64,000 bases of DNA from Candidatus Kaiserbacteria bacterium (GCA_016214605.1 JACROD010000020.1:30158-94157), one strand, 5' to 3'. Shown: positions 10,101-19,741, counted from the first letter of the stretch. Numbers and translations: made by a program. The notes: generated by a model from the letters alone, not told the origin.

Positions 10101-10226
10101 ATGTGTCCCGAATGTGGTCTCTCGTATCGTGAAGCCGAGTGGGCGCAGAAATGTGAAGCATGGTGCAAGCAATATAAGAGTTGCAACCTCGATATTATCC
10201 AGCATGCCATCAACAGTAAAAAATAA
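10101..10226 (+). CDS. 41-aa Cys-rich zinc-ribbon-like peptide (CPECG…CEAWC…SCNLDIIQHA)
   Basis: Not in ORF track (<60 aa); same motif is fused to C-terminus of CDS 55292-56209. Confidence 0.4.
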   Translation: MCPECGLSYREAEWAQKCEAWCKQYKSCNLDIIQHAINSKK

Positions 10227-10228
10227 AT

Positions 10229-11248
10229 ATGAAAACTTACACACTCCATGTCACCGGTATGCACTGTACCGCGTGCCCGATACTCATTGAAAGCGAATTA
10301 GACGATCTGTCCGAGGTGTCCCTAGCCAAAGCATCACTCAAACATCACAGTGTCGAAGTGACCGGAGACTTCGGCGACAAAGAGCCGGAGTATATTGCGC
10401 GAGACTTGAGCGAAGTGTTGAAACCCCACGGGTACTCGCTATCCGTCGAGAGACAGAGGCACGTCGCACAGTGGACCGACTTCAAGTTGGCGCTACCCAT
10501 AGCGCTTGCTTTTGCGGTCGGGTTTCTGCTCTTGCAAAAGGCGGGTCTTGTCAATCTGGTGAACACGGGGACGGTCTCGTATGGTACGGCATTCGCGGTC
10601 GGCATAGTCGCATCGCTCTCTACCTGTATGGCGGTGGTGGGCGGGCTGGTGCTCTCGATGTCTGCGACCTTTGCCAAAGAGGGGGACAAAGTAAAACCTC
10701 AACTCTTATTTCATGCCGGGCGGCTCGTATCCTTCTTCGTGCTTGGCGGCGTGATCGGAGCGATCGGGTCGGCATTTGCGCTCAACACAACAGCGACGTT
10801 TGTATTGAGTATGCTCATCGCGATTGTGATGCTTATACTCGGCATCAATCTGCTCGATGTGTTCCACTGGTCGAAGCGATTGCAGCCCTCAATGCCAAGA
10901 TTCTTGGCGCGGCACGCCTATGGCGCATCCAAACTCAACCACACACTCACACCGCTTCTTGTGGGTATCGCTACGTTCTTCCTGCCGTGCGGATTCACCC
11001 AGTCGATGCAGATATACACACTCTCGACGGGGAGCTTCCTCACGGGTGCCTTCACGATGGGATCATTTGCGCTCGGTACCTTGCCCGTGCTCGGTCTCAT
11101 CAGTTTCAGTTCGTTCAGTATCCACGATCGCGCATATGCCGGCGTCTTCTTCAAGACAGCGGGGCTCATCGTTATCTTGTTCGCCGTGGTCAATCTGATC
11201 AATAGTTTTGTTGTCATTGGCCTTGTCCCGCCATTATTCAGTTTCTAA
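10229..11248 (+). CDS. HMA-domain fused to TauE/SafE-like permease
   Basis: N-terminal GMHCTAC metal-binding motif + multi-TM body. Confidence 0.6.
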   Translation: MKTYTLHVTGMHCTACPILIESELDDLSEVSLAKASLKHHSVEVTGDFGDKEPEYIARDLSEVLKPHGYSLSVERQRHVAQWTDFKLALPIALAFAVGFLLLQKAGLVNLVNTGTVSYGTAFAVGIVASLSTCMAVVGGLVLSMSATFAKEGDKVKPQLLFHAGRLVSFFVLGGVIGAIGSAFALNTTATFVLSMLIAIVMLILGINLLDVFHWSKRLQPSMPRFLARHAYGASKLNHTLTPLLVGIATFFLPCGFTQSMQIYTLSTGSFLTGAFTMGSFALGTLPVLGLISFSSFSIHDRAYAGVFFKTAGLIVILFAVVNLINSFVVIGLVPPLFSF

Positions 11249-11259
11249 TCATCTTATCT

Positions 11260-11646
11260 ATGAAAGGAATTATATTGTCTATCATCGTCGCAGTAACCAT
11301 TATAGGGGGAGCATTCATAATGGCGACCCGTGGATCCCCATCGTCCGCGGATTCCGCACATAATGTCAGTATTGAAGACGGCAAGCAGATCATTGAAATA
11401 TCGGCGAAAGGCGGCTACTTTCCGAAAAAGAGTGTGGCGAAAGCAGGTATGCCGACTGTCTTGAGAGTCAAGACAAACGGCACGTTTGATTGCTCATCTT
11501 CGCTCCGTATTCCGAGTATGAACGTCAGCACGTTCCTCCCGCCATCCGGAACGACCGAGATTGATCTGGGTAGTCCCCAGGTAACGACCTTGCAGGGAAC
11601 ATGTGGGATGGGAATGTATTCATTTCAAGTTGAGTTTCAAAGTTAG
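11260..11646 (+). CDS. Secreted cupredoxin-like small protein (putative copper-binding)
   Basis: Signal/TM anchor, C-terminal TCGMGMYSF; weak family call. Confidence 0.35.
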   Translation: MKGIILSIIVAVTIIGGAFIMATRGSPSSADSAHNVSIEDGKQIIEISAKGGYFPKKSVAKAGMPTVLRVKTNGTFDCSSSLRIPSMNVSTFLPPSGTTEIDLGSPQVTTLQGTCGMGMYSFQVEFQS

Positions 11647-11673
11647 AGAATATGCTGTATTGTTTCGTCAAGT

Positions 11674-12165
11674 ATGTCCGGCATAAAGAAACTTCTTGAA
11701 GAAAAGAATATTCATCTCCTATTCGAGATAAGCCTCATCGGCAAGGGTATTATCGCGCTGTTTGAAATTATCGGCGGTATTTTGGTGTACTTTATAAGCC
11801 AACAGTTTTTACTCGAGCTCGTTCTGGCGATCACACAAGATGAACTCACGGAAGATCCGCGAGACTTCATCTCATACAACCTTCTCCATTCCGCACAAAG
11901 TCTCTCTATTGGTTCACAGCACTTTCTCGCCTTCTTCTTGTTGAGTCACGGAGTCATTAAAATGTTTCTTATAACAGGGCTTATCAGGGAAAAGCTGTCA
12001 TATTACCCCTCGGGTATGATCGTCTTTCTGCTTTTTATCCTCTATCAGTTGTATAGATTCAATTTCACACATTCTTTCTGGTTATTATTGATAACCGCAA
12101 TGGATGTTTTGATAATAGGACTCATTTGGCACGAATACAACTATTTACGGAAAAAACGCAACTAA
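11674..12165 (+). CDS. DUF2127-like membrane protein (AT-rich gene)
   Basis: ORF track, 4 TM, low GC relative to neighbours. Confidence 0.5.
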   Translation: MSGIKKLLEEKNIHLLFEISLIGKGIIALFEIIGGILVYFISQQFLLELVLAITQDELTEDPRDFISYNLLHSAQSLSIGSQHFLAFFLLSHGVIKMFLITGLIREKLSYYPSGMIVFLLFILYQLYRFNFTHSFWLLLITAMDVLIIGLIWHEYNYLRKKRN

Positions 12166-12352
12166 CCGGTGTTTCAGCACCATTCGTTGGTCTGGATTCA
12201 TCAGCGTGTAGTGCTATACTCTATTCAGCGGCTGGTACAACACCTCTTGGATAACGAAACGGGATGCTAATTTTGCTTCATGCATTGCGCTTGATGGCTT
12301 AGGCGACCCACCTGGATTTCCCAGGTTCGTCGTACCCGCCGCTTCGAAAGGA

Positions 12353-12382
12353 CTCCGCGATTTTTATATCGGGGAGTTTTTT
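12353..12382 (+). terminator. Terminator-like hairpin + T6 in the 5' leader, 25 nt upstream of MBL gene ATG (possible attenuator)
   Basis: ctccgcga-N8-tcggggag followed by tttttt. Confidence 0.35.
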
Positions 12383-12406
12383 CATTGGAGATGTTAGAAT
12401 ACTTTA

Positions 12407-13846
12407 ATGAAAGACCACTCAGGCAAAGCATCAGTGACATTTTATGGGGGAGCGGGCACCGTGACCGGTGCCAATTTCTTGCTTGACGCCGGTGACCCCG
12501 CAAATGGACGCGGGGCAGGTGTGAAGATACTCTTTGATTGCGGTGCGCTTGAGCGCGAACATGTCTGCGATACCAGCAATGGCATGCCTTTTGCATATGA
12601 TCTGCGATCGATCGACACACTCATCGTGACCCACGCGCATGCCGATCATATCGGCCGGATACCCAAGCTCGTACATGACGGCTTCAAGGGTACGATCTAC
12701 TCGACCGCCGCCACCAAAGACCTCGCCGAGCTCATGTTTGAGGATGCGATCAAAGTAATGGAAATGGACGTAGAGCGCCACGGATGCGAGATGATCTATC
12801 AAAAAGAGGATGTAGTGGCGGCGCTCACGCTCTGGCGCACGCAGGATTACCACGATCCTTTTGAAGTAGGGTCCGCGACGATCGAATTTTTTGACGCAGG
12901 GCATATCCTGGGCGCGGCGATGGTGAAAGTTACCCATGCGATGGAAGGTCAGACCTTCCATGGAAGGTCTGACCTTCCATCATCGCGTTCCATCCTTTTC
13001 ACCGGTGATCTGGGGAATTCTCCCGAGCCTCTTTTGAACGACACCGAAGCTCCCGCAGGAGTGAATTATGTAGTGATGGAGAGTGTGTATGGAGATCGCC
13101 TACACGAGGGTCGCGATGATCGCACCGATATACTGCGCCGCGCAATCGAGGATACGCGTATGCGCAACGGCGTGCTCTTGATCCCGTCTTTTTCGATCGA
13201 GCGTACGCAGATACTGCTCTACGAGATCGAAAAGATGATCGAAGACGGCGCCATGGAGCCGATCCGCGTGTATCTCGATGCGCCGCTCGCGATCAAGATC
13301 ACCGAGGTATTTCGCCGCCACAAAGATCTCTTGAATGCGCAGGTGCGCGCGCGCTTTGAAGCTGGCAATGACCCCTTCACCTTTGGCGGGCTCAAGCTTA
13401 CGGCCGATGCGTCCGAATCACACGAGATCCACAATGCGCCAAATCCCAAGGTCATCATCGCCGGTGCGGGGATGTCGGCCGGCGGGCGTATACGCTCACA
13501 CGAGAAACAGTATTTGCCCGACGAGAAGGCGACGGTGCTTTTCGTCGGCTACCAGGCACCAGGATCGCTTGGTCGGCAGATCGCCGATGGTAATAAACAT
13601 GTCACTATAGACGGCGAAAAGATCCGTGTGCGTGCGCAGATCGCCACACTCACTGGGTATTCCGGTCATCGCGACCGCGACGGGCTTATGGAATTCGTCG
13701 AGCAATTGGGTGATTCATTGGAGCGCGTGTTTGTCGTGATGGGGGAGCCAAAATCCGAGATGTTTCTTTCCCAGCGCATCCGCGATTTCCTCGGTGTCGA
13801 AGCAATAGCACCCGAGCAAGGTCAAAAGATCGAGATCGATTGGTAA
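12407..13846 (+). CDS. MBL-fold beta-CASP RNA-metabolising hydrolase (RNase J/CPSF73-like)
   Basis: THAHADHIGR (HxHxDH), beta-CASP length 479 aa. Confidence 0.7.
   Translation: MKDHSGKASVTFYGGAGTVTGANFLLDAGDPANGRGAGVKILFDCGALEREHVCDTSNGMPFAYDLRSIDTLIVTHAHADHIGRIPKLVHDGFKGTIYSTAATKDLAELMFEDAIKVMEMDVERHGCEMIYQKEDVVAALTLWRTQDYHDPFEVGSATIEFFDAGHILGAAMVKVTHAMEGQTFHGRSDLPSSRSILFTGDLGNSPEPLLNDTEAPAGVNYVVMESVYGDRLHEGRDDRTDILRRAIEDTRMRNGVLLIPSFSIERTQILLYEIEKMIEDGAMEPIRVYLDAPLAIKITEVFRRHKDLLNAQVRARFEAGNDPFTFGGLKLTADASESHEIHNAPNPKVIIAGAGMSAGGRIRSHEKQYLPDEKATVLFVGYQAPGSLGRQIADGNKHVTIDGEKIRVRAQIATLTGYSGHRDRDGLMEFVEQLGDSLERVFVVMGEPKSEMFLSQRIRDFLGVEAIAPEQGQKIEIDW
12941..12980. repeat. Tandem duplication of a 19-bp palindromic unit (atggaaggtc[a/t]gaccttcc) inside MBL CDS
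   Basis: Read directly; encodes HAMEGQTFHGRSDLP. Confidence 0.7.
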
Positions 13847-13931
13847 GTTATCCCCACCACAAAAAACACATCCCACCCCCCCCATGACACAATAATCCTG
13901 TACCAGGGTCACTCTCATTAATCTCCCCATC

Positions 13932-16900
13932 ATGCCTATCCCACGAAAACGCATAATGTTTGCGATCCCGCTCCTCATCTTCACAGTTGGCGTACAGCTT
14001 TCAGCCACTTTCTATGCGAGTGCACAATCAACACCATCCGCCGCCTGCCCATCCGCTCCACCTACGTGTGCTGCAGGTCAAACTCTCTATTATGTCCCAG
14101 ACGGTAGCACATGCACCAACGCGCAGATGAAATGCCGTGGAGCGGCCGGCACTGTTCCCGCAAGTTCCGCAGGCAACTCTTCGTCCCTTTCCCGCGGTTC
14201 TCGCGGTGCATCCGTCCTTGCATTCCAACAATCACTCATTACCGCAGGCTTCCTCGAAGCCGGCAACGCCACCGGCTTCTTTGGCGCACTCACCGAAGCG
14301 GCGGTCAAGCAATTCCAGAATGCACGCGGTATTGTCTCAAGCGGATCACCCGCAACAACAGGATACGGAGCCATTGGCCCCAAGACACGCCGCGCGCTTG
14401 AAAGCATCGCATCCGCAATTCCTCCCGATATGGATTCGACAAGCTCACCGCAAGCCGAGACGAATCCCGCAACCACCCAGTCACCGGTCGAACAACTCCT
14501 CGCCCAAGTAGCACAGCTACAAAAAAAGATCGCCGCATTTGGCGGCACGCCCGTCTCAATTCCTGCGACACCTTCCACACAGACTTCCGAGATCACCCGC
14601 ACTCTCGCTATCGGCTCCCGTGGTGACGACGTTACTTCTCTCCAGCAATTCCTCATCGCGCAAAACCTCCTTTCCACAGACAGCGCCACCGGCTTTTTCG
14701 GCAAAGCTACCGAAGCTGCGGTCAAGAAGCTGCAAGCGCAGCACAACCTGGAACAAGTCGGACATGTGGGTCGACTAACCAGAGCAGTCATCAATGAGGT
14801 GCGTCGTCCGGCGACACCACCGCCCGACACCACACCATCGCCGAATGAAGGGGGGACGCCAGCGCCATTTGGTGGAGGAGGCGGAGCACCCGCACCCGTA
14901 CCCGTACCCGCAAGCGGTGGCGGAGGTGGCGGGGGAGGAGGATCCTCTGGTGGAGGAGGATCTTCCGCCCCTGTCTCTTCAAGTGGCGGGTTTTCCGGCG
15001 GCAGTGCGGCATTTCCGCCACCTGAGTCAGTGCCAACATCAGATAGTACGATTCCTTCGAATACTACCGATACATCGATACTGGTCTCCGCTCCCGCACT
15101 GGCGCTCACTGCTTCAGCAGGTCCTCTTTCCATCAAGATCATCTCGCCTGATATCAGCACTACTCCCGCAGTGGCTGGCGTCGTCAATCTCGCGGCGACC
15201 GCAAGCAGCACGAGCAGCATCACCGGCGTGCAATTCAAGCTCGACGGTGTGAACCTCGGTCCCAAAGATACGATCCCTCCCTATACCGCAACAGCCACCG
15301 CAAGCGATACCGCGGGGAATGTCGCTTCGACGACGATTAATCTCCTAGGGCGAAGCACTTCATACCTGAGCGTCACACCTGCTCCCGGTACTTACAAAAG
15401 CTCGCCGCAAACTATTTATCTCTCCGCAAGCACCACGATCCGCTATCGCCGTGATGGAATCGTTCCTACCTGTGCGTCCGGCAACTTATATTCAGGTGGA
15501 ATAAATATCGCCACCTCCACCATCATCCGCGCCATCGCCTGCAAGGGCACCAAGGCGGCGTCCCCGGTGACTTCTTTCACTTATGACATCATCAATGCGT
15601 CTCTATACTACACAGCATACGGCGGCAGAATCGTCGTACCACAGCCAGGAGCCGCTACCTCGACCATCCTCAAGCCGGTTATTGCCGATCTTCAAAATTA
15701 CCTCAAACAGATGACCGGCACGGACTTCTACCTCGGTCAGTACGCCACTGCTCCCGGCATCAATCTCATCCTTACGAGTTCTCCCTCTGCTCCTGCTGAT
15801 ACTGTGGCACAGCTCAACGGCAAAGGACCCGAAGCTTTCCTCATTCGCGGCAATGCCACACGGCTCCAGATCATCGCCAACGACGAGCACGGTCTCTCGC
15901 ACGGCGTGTACTACTATCTCGAACAGCTCGGTGTACGTTGGCTCATGTCGGGTAGCAATTGGACGATCGTGCCGAAAAAGGGCAACGTCACGCTCACGAT
16001 CGATAAGCTCGTAGAGCCGGCGTTCTTTACGCGGTCGTATGCGGGTACAGGTGGTTTTGCCACGTATCGCGGGTGGGGCTATAACTGGGGCAACGCGGAT
16101 GATGGGACGAGGGTCTTTGTCAAAGATACCGCCGATTGGCAACGGCGTATGAGGTATGGCGGTCAATCGCTCGGGCATGCCACCGGCGAAGCATTTATCA
16201 CAGCAAATGTGAGCACCCTGAAAGCACACCCTGAGTATCTGGCAAAGATAGATGGTGCGTATTCTCCACTCTTCAGGACGCCATTCGCCGGGCCAGGGAA
16301 AGGTGCATACGTATGGGATGCGGCTACGCATGACTACATCAAGGCGGTGCCGGCATACACTGGTACACATGATCTCAACATCATCGCCAAGCTCAACGCC
16401 GGTAATCCTGATGTGGTCAATCTCTTTTGCAACTATATTCTGAAAGCATTTCGGACTACACGCTCTTTGCCGGGAGGCTCTTTCTATCAGACGGTGAGCG
16501 TGGAGCCATCAGACGGTGGCGGAGAAGGCAACAACTACGCCGAACTGCAAGCACAAGGAGTAGGTGATGGTTCGGAGGCCGATCAGGAATTCTTCATCGG
16601 CAACAAGTGTGCACGCATGGTGCGCGCAGAATTTCCCGATACATCGGTCATCATGCTTGCGTATGTGGCACGCGCAGATCCTCCGAGCTTCCCGCTCGAG
16701 CCCAACTTCATCATCCAACCGGCACTTGCATTCCGTGGCGGCAAGAAAACTGCGGATTTGAGCACTGAAGAGTGGATCGCGTTATGGAAGACGAAAGCCC
16801 CGAGGATGGGAGTATACGACTACTGGTCGATTCCCGACTGGACGCATGAAGAGCCGACGTTCGATTACCTCCACATAGCGGACAAGCTACGCCACTACTA

Positions 16901-18230
16901 TACCAACAACATCAAGGGCATAAATGCCGAATCCAGTTATGGTATGGGCGCTATGGGCATCGGCCACTACCTTGCCCAGCACCTCATGTGGGACATCAAT
17001 CTCGACGACAAGGCGCTTATCGACGAATGGTACACGCTCGCCTTCGGTCCCGCCAAGGCGCCTATGAAGCGGATGCTGGAGCGTTGGTCCACAAGCTACA
17101 TGCCTATCTCCTCGGAGCTTAGTGCTTCGTATCAAGATATCAACGAAGCAGAGCGGCTTGCGGTCAGTAATCCTGCCGTCCAAGCGCGCATCGATGATTA
17201 TGCGGGATATGTTCAGTATCTGCGCCTGCGCGATGAGCTTCTCAATGCGACCGATACGGCAGTGAAGACACAAAAAGCGATGTTGCTCGCCGAACACATC
17301 TTCGATATCAGCGATTCTCATATGGTGCAGACGATGCGAATCTTTGATAGAGATGTTGCCCCAGTGGACCCATCTGTTCTTGTCGCATTCGATTTCAGCG
17401 ATCCTCTGCATCCGGGCCCCGGCTGGGCGCGTGTCCACAAACTCTCGCATGCCGAAATCCTCGCACTCATTTCCGACGGCATAAGCAAGTATCCCGCGCC
17501 GGATTTCACGATCAAGAAATATACCGGAAATCTCGTGCCGCTCCAGACGATCTCGTGGCAGACGCCGACTACGACCGATAAGTGGGGGCCACACATGTTT
17601 ACCGCTGGGGATGCGGATGTAACACTTGAAATTCCGAGCGGACTCTCGAATCTCCCTCTGCGCATATCGCGATTTGTGAACAATCGCATCACGATCACCA
17701 ATACGGCAGGAAATACCGTTTACAATCGTGTGGTAACCGCATTGGCCACCAGCTCGTATGGCAATATTATCAATCCGACATGGGAGGAGCTCAGCATTCC
17801 GCTTGCCCCGGGCCGTTACAAGATCAGCTTCCATGCAACAGGCGCCAGAGTCGGCACGTTCAAATTCCAGACTTGGAAGGAGGTGCCGATCACAATGCAG
17901 AGCTTCCTTATGCCGAGTGTGGTGGGCCAGGCCACCAAACTCTACTTCTACGTTCCAAAAGGTCAGCAAAAGGTCGTCTTCTATCTTCCCCAAGGTGCTG
18001 CCGCTGGCGCCTCCGCACCGAAGTTCTACGATTCGACCGGCGCGCTCATCGCCTCCGAGCGTCGTGATGCAGGCAAGGTTCAGGTCGCGAATGTACCTGT
18101 CGGCCAGGACGGCAAAGTATGGATGGTGGCAAACCTGTACTCGCCAAACTTCCTCTTCGAGACATTCACCGTGCCACAGGCATTCTCCCTCGAACCGCAA
18201 GTCCTCATGGTGCCGAGTGATGCGCTGTAG
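13932..18230 (+). CDS. Large secreted multidomain protein: two PG_binding_1 repeats, Gly/Pro-rich linkers, DUF4838-like glycoside-hydrolase-like domain
   Basis: Signal peptide; duplicated LAFQQSLI…GFFG…AVKQFQ / LQQFLIAQN…GFFGKATEAAVKKLQ; …GLSHGVYYYLEQLGVRW…. Confidence 0.65.
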   Translation: MPIPRKRIMFAIPLLIFTVGVQLSATFYASAQSTPSAACPSAPPTCAAGQTLYYVPDGSTCTNAQMKCRGAAGTVPASSAGNSSSLSRGSRGASVLAFQQSLITAGFLEAGNATGFFGALTEAAVKQFQNARGIVSSGSPATTGYGAIGPKTRRALESIASAIPPDMDSTSSPQAETNPATTQSPVEQLLAQVAQLQKKIAAFGGTPVSIPATPSTQTSEITRTLAIGSRGDDVTSLQQFLIAQNLLSTDSATGFFGKATEAAVKKLQAQHNLEQVGHVGRLTRAVINEVRRPATPPPDTTPSPNEGGTPAPFGGGGGAPAPVPVPASGGGGGGGGGSSGGGGSSAPVSSSGGFSGGSAAFPPPESVPTSDSTIPSNTTDTSILVSAPALALTASAGPLSIKIISPDISTTPAVAGVVNLAATASSTSSITGVQFKLDGVNLGPKDTIPPYTATATASDTAGNVASTTINLLGRSTSYLSVTPAPGTYKSSPQTIYLSASTTIRYRRDGIVPTCASGNLYSGGINIATSTIIRAIACKGTKAASPVTSFTYDIINASLYYTAYGGRIVVPQPGAATSTILKPVIADLQNYLKQMTGTDFYLGQYATAPGINLILTSSPSAPADTVAQLNGKGPEAFLIRGNATRLQIIANDEHGLSHGVYYYLEQLGVRWLMSGSNWTIVPKKGNVTLTIDKLVEPAFFTRSYAGTGGFATYRGWGYNWGNADDGTRVFVKDTADWQRRMRYGGQSLGHATGEAFITANVSTLKAHPEYLAKIDGAYSPLFRTPFAGPGKGAYVWDAATHDYIKAVPAYTGTHDLNIIAKLNAGNPDVVNLFCNYILKAFRTTRSLPGGSFYQTVSVEPSDGGGEGNNYAELQAQGVGDGSEADQEFFIGNKCARMVRAEFPDTSVIMLAYVARADPPSFPLEPNFIIQPALAFRGGKKTADLSTEEWIALWKTKAPRMGVYDYWSIPDWTHEEPTFDYLHIADKLRHYYTNNIKGINAESSYGMGAMGIGHYLAQHLMWDINLDDKALIDEWYTLAFGPAKAPMKRMLERWSTSYMPISSELSASYQDINEAERLAVSNPAVQARIDDYAGYVQYLRLRDELLNATDTAVKTQKAMLLAEHIFDISDSHMVQTMRIFDRDVAPVDPSVLVAFDFSDPLHPGPGWARVHKLSHAEILALISDGISKYPAPDFTIKKYTGNLVPLQTISWQTPTTTDKWGPHMFTAGDADVTLEIPSGLSNLPLRISRFVNNRITITNTAGNTVYNRVVTALATSSYGNIINPTWEELSIPLAPGRYKISFHATGARVGTFKFQTWKEVPITMQSFLMPSVVGQATKLYFYVPKGQQKVVFYLPQGAAAGASAPKFYDSTGALIASERRDAGKVQVANVPVGQDGKVWMVANLYSPNFLFETFTVPQAFSLEPQVLMVPSDAL

Positions 18231-18292
18231 CCGCCACTTCATTACCAATGACTACAAAGAAAGGTGTGTTTTTGAGGTGATATAATAACATC

Positions 18293-18976
18293 ATGGCAAA
18301 ACGTAATGCGAATCCGAATCATAGTGCCCCGCCCAAGAAACTCTGCCGCGTCCCCGACGGATACGGCATCATCAAGATCGGTGTATCCGGGTCGGCGGAT
18401 CTGGCACACCTCGGTCTCGATGTGTTTGAGCGCGCCAAGGAAGTCGGCCGCGAAATTGCGCGCCAAGGTGCGATCATCACGACTGGTGCTACCACTGGCT
18501 TCCCGATGTTTAGCGCACAGGGTGCCAAGGATGAATGCGGCCTCTCCATAGGATTCTCTCCCGCCGCGACCGAGGACGAGCATGTGGGCACCTACAAGCT
18601 CCCACTCGATTTCATGGATGTGATCGTCTATACCGGATTTGGATATTCGGGGCGCGATCTGCTCTTCGTCCGCTCCTCGGATGCGATGATCATCGGCCCA
18701 GGCCGCATTGGCACCTTGAATGAATTTTCTGTAGCATTTGAAGACCAAAAGCCGATGGGCATTCTCGAGGGCAATTGGGATACCGACGAGCTCCTCAAGC
18801 TCGTGATCGATGCTGCACACCGCCCCAATGCCAACATCATCTTTGATTCCGACGCCAAGGCACTCGTGGAGCGCCTGATCGAAATGGTCAACAAACGCAA
18901 GTCAATAGGCGTCCCGGTCTACAACAGTCACGACGGATGGTCGGCGACAGGCAAGAACGCCGAGGTGATCTTGTAA
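18293..18976 (+). CDS. LOG/TIGR00725-family (SLOG Rossmann) protein
   Basis: ITTGATTGF…IIGPGRIGTLNEF motifs. Confidence 0.5.
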   Translation: MAKRNANPNHSAPPKKLCRVPDGYGIIKIGVSGSADLAHLGLDVFERAKEVGREIARQGAIITTGATTGFPMFSAQGAKDECGLSIGFSPAATEDEHVGTYKLPLDFMDVIVYTGFGYSGRDLLFVRSSDAMIIGPGRIGTLNEFSVAFEDQKPMGILEGNWDTDELLKLVIDAAHRPNANIIFDSDAKALVERLIEMVNKRKSIGVPVYNSHDGWSATGKNAEVIL

Positions 18977-19005
18977 AACACAGTAAATTTTGCGTAAAAA
19001 CAAAT

Positions 19006-19041
19006 GCGCCATATAATTCACGGCCGTGAATTATATGGCGC
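19006..19041 (+). terminator. 36-bp perfect palindrome (gcgccatataattcacgg|ccgtgaattatatggcgc) downstream of LOG gene
   Basis: Read directly. Confidence 0.5.
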
Positions 19042-19079
19042 GGGTGATTTTATAGAATCCCTAGCGGGAACCCCCCCAT

Positions 19080-19322
19080 ATGATTTGCAATAAATGCGGT
19101 TATGCTACAATTGCACATATGAAGGTAAACGCTGACCTTACCAAGATCCTCACCAAGGAACATGAAGAAAAGTGGGTCGCCCTGACGAAGAATCACGACA
19201 AACTCGTTGATTGCGCAAGTAATCTCAAGATCCTCAGGGACCGCCTAGGTGAGCACAGGAATGATTATGTGTACATGAGGGTATTGCGTTCGGATATGGA
19301 ATACAGTTTTTCCTTTACATGA
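19080..19322 (+). CDS. Hypothetical 80-aa protein with N-terminal CxxC (MICNKCG)
   Basis: ORF track; stop overlaps next start (ATGA). Confidence 0.35.
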   Translation: MICNKCGYATIAHMKVNADLTKILTKEHEEKWVALTKNHDKLVDCASNLKILRDRLGEHRNDYVYMRVLRSDMEYSFSFT

Positions 19323-19741
19323 CACGGCCCAAGTGGAAAGCATACGACTACAAGATTCAGGCTGGACCCGGCATGAGCTGGGTTCATCGACCAATGATCA
19401 ATATTGAGGTTTGGACGCTCGATGGGCGTGACATGGTGCCGATTTTGGCAATGATCGACTCTGGTACTGATGGAACGGTATTTCACGCTAATATCGCGGA
19501 GTCACTCGGGATCGATGAGTCAATGGGAAGAAAAGGAATACTTGGTGGCATCGGTTCGCTCGACGGTTTTTATACAGAAGTAAAGATCGTTGTCCCGGAT
19601 TTTAATATCTCGTATAAAGCCCCGGTGTTCTTTGGGAAGAATCTCCCTATGGATGGATTGTTGGGGCAGGCTACTTTCTTTCCACAATTCAAGATCAGGT
19701 TTGAAAAAGCTGAAAACAAATTTTATCTCGCGGTCTCGTAG
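19319..19741 (+). CDS. Retropepsin-like (clan AA) aspartic protease domain protein
   Basis: AMIDSGTDGTVF (D-S/T-G motif), ~140 aa. Confidence 0.5.
   Translation: MTRPKWKAYDYKIQAGPGMSWVHRPMINIEVWTLDGRDMVPILAMIDSGTDGTVFHANIAESLGIDESMGRKGILGGIGSLDGFYTEVKIVVPDFNISYKAPVFFGKNLPMDGLLGQATFFPQFKIRFEKAENKFYLAVS

Noticed and set aside
12230-12350. Possible SRP/6S RNA in the DUF2127-MBL intergenic region
   Set aside because: No GGAA-tetraloop domain IV or 6S-like central bubble. Kept only as a leader/terminator observation.
14090-15265. 391-aa minus-strand ORF inside the giant secreted protein gene
   Set aside because: Pro/Gly low complexity mirroring the sense-strand Gly/Pro linker. Antisense artefact.
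16887-18248. 453-aa antisense ORF
   Set aside because: Overlaps the well-supported 1432-aa CDS. No motifs.
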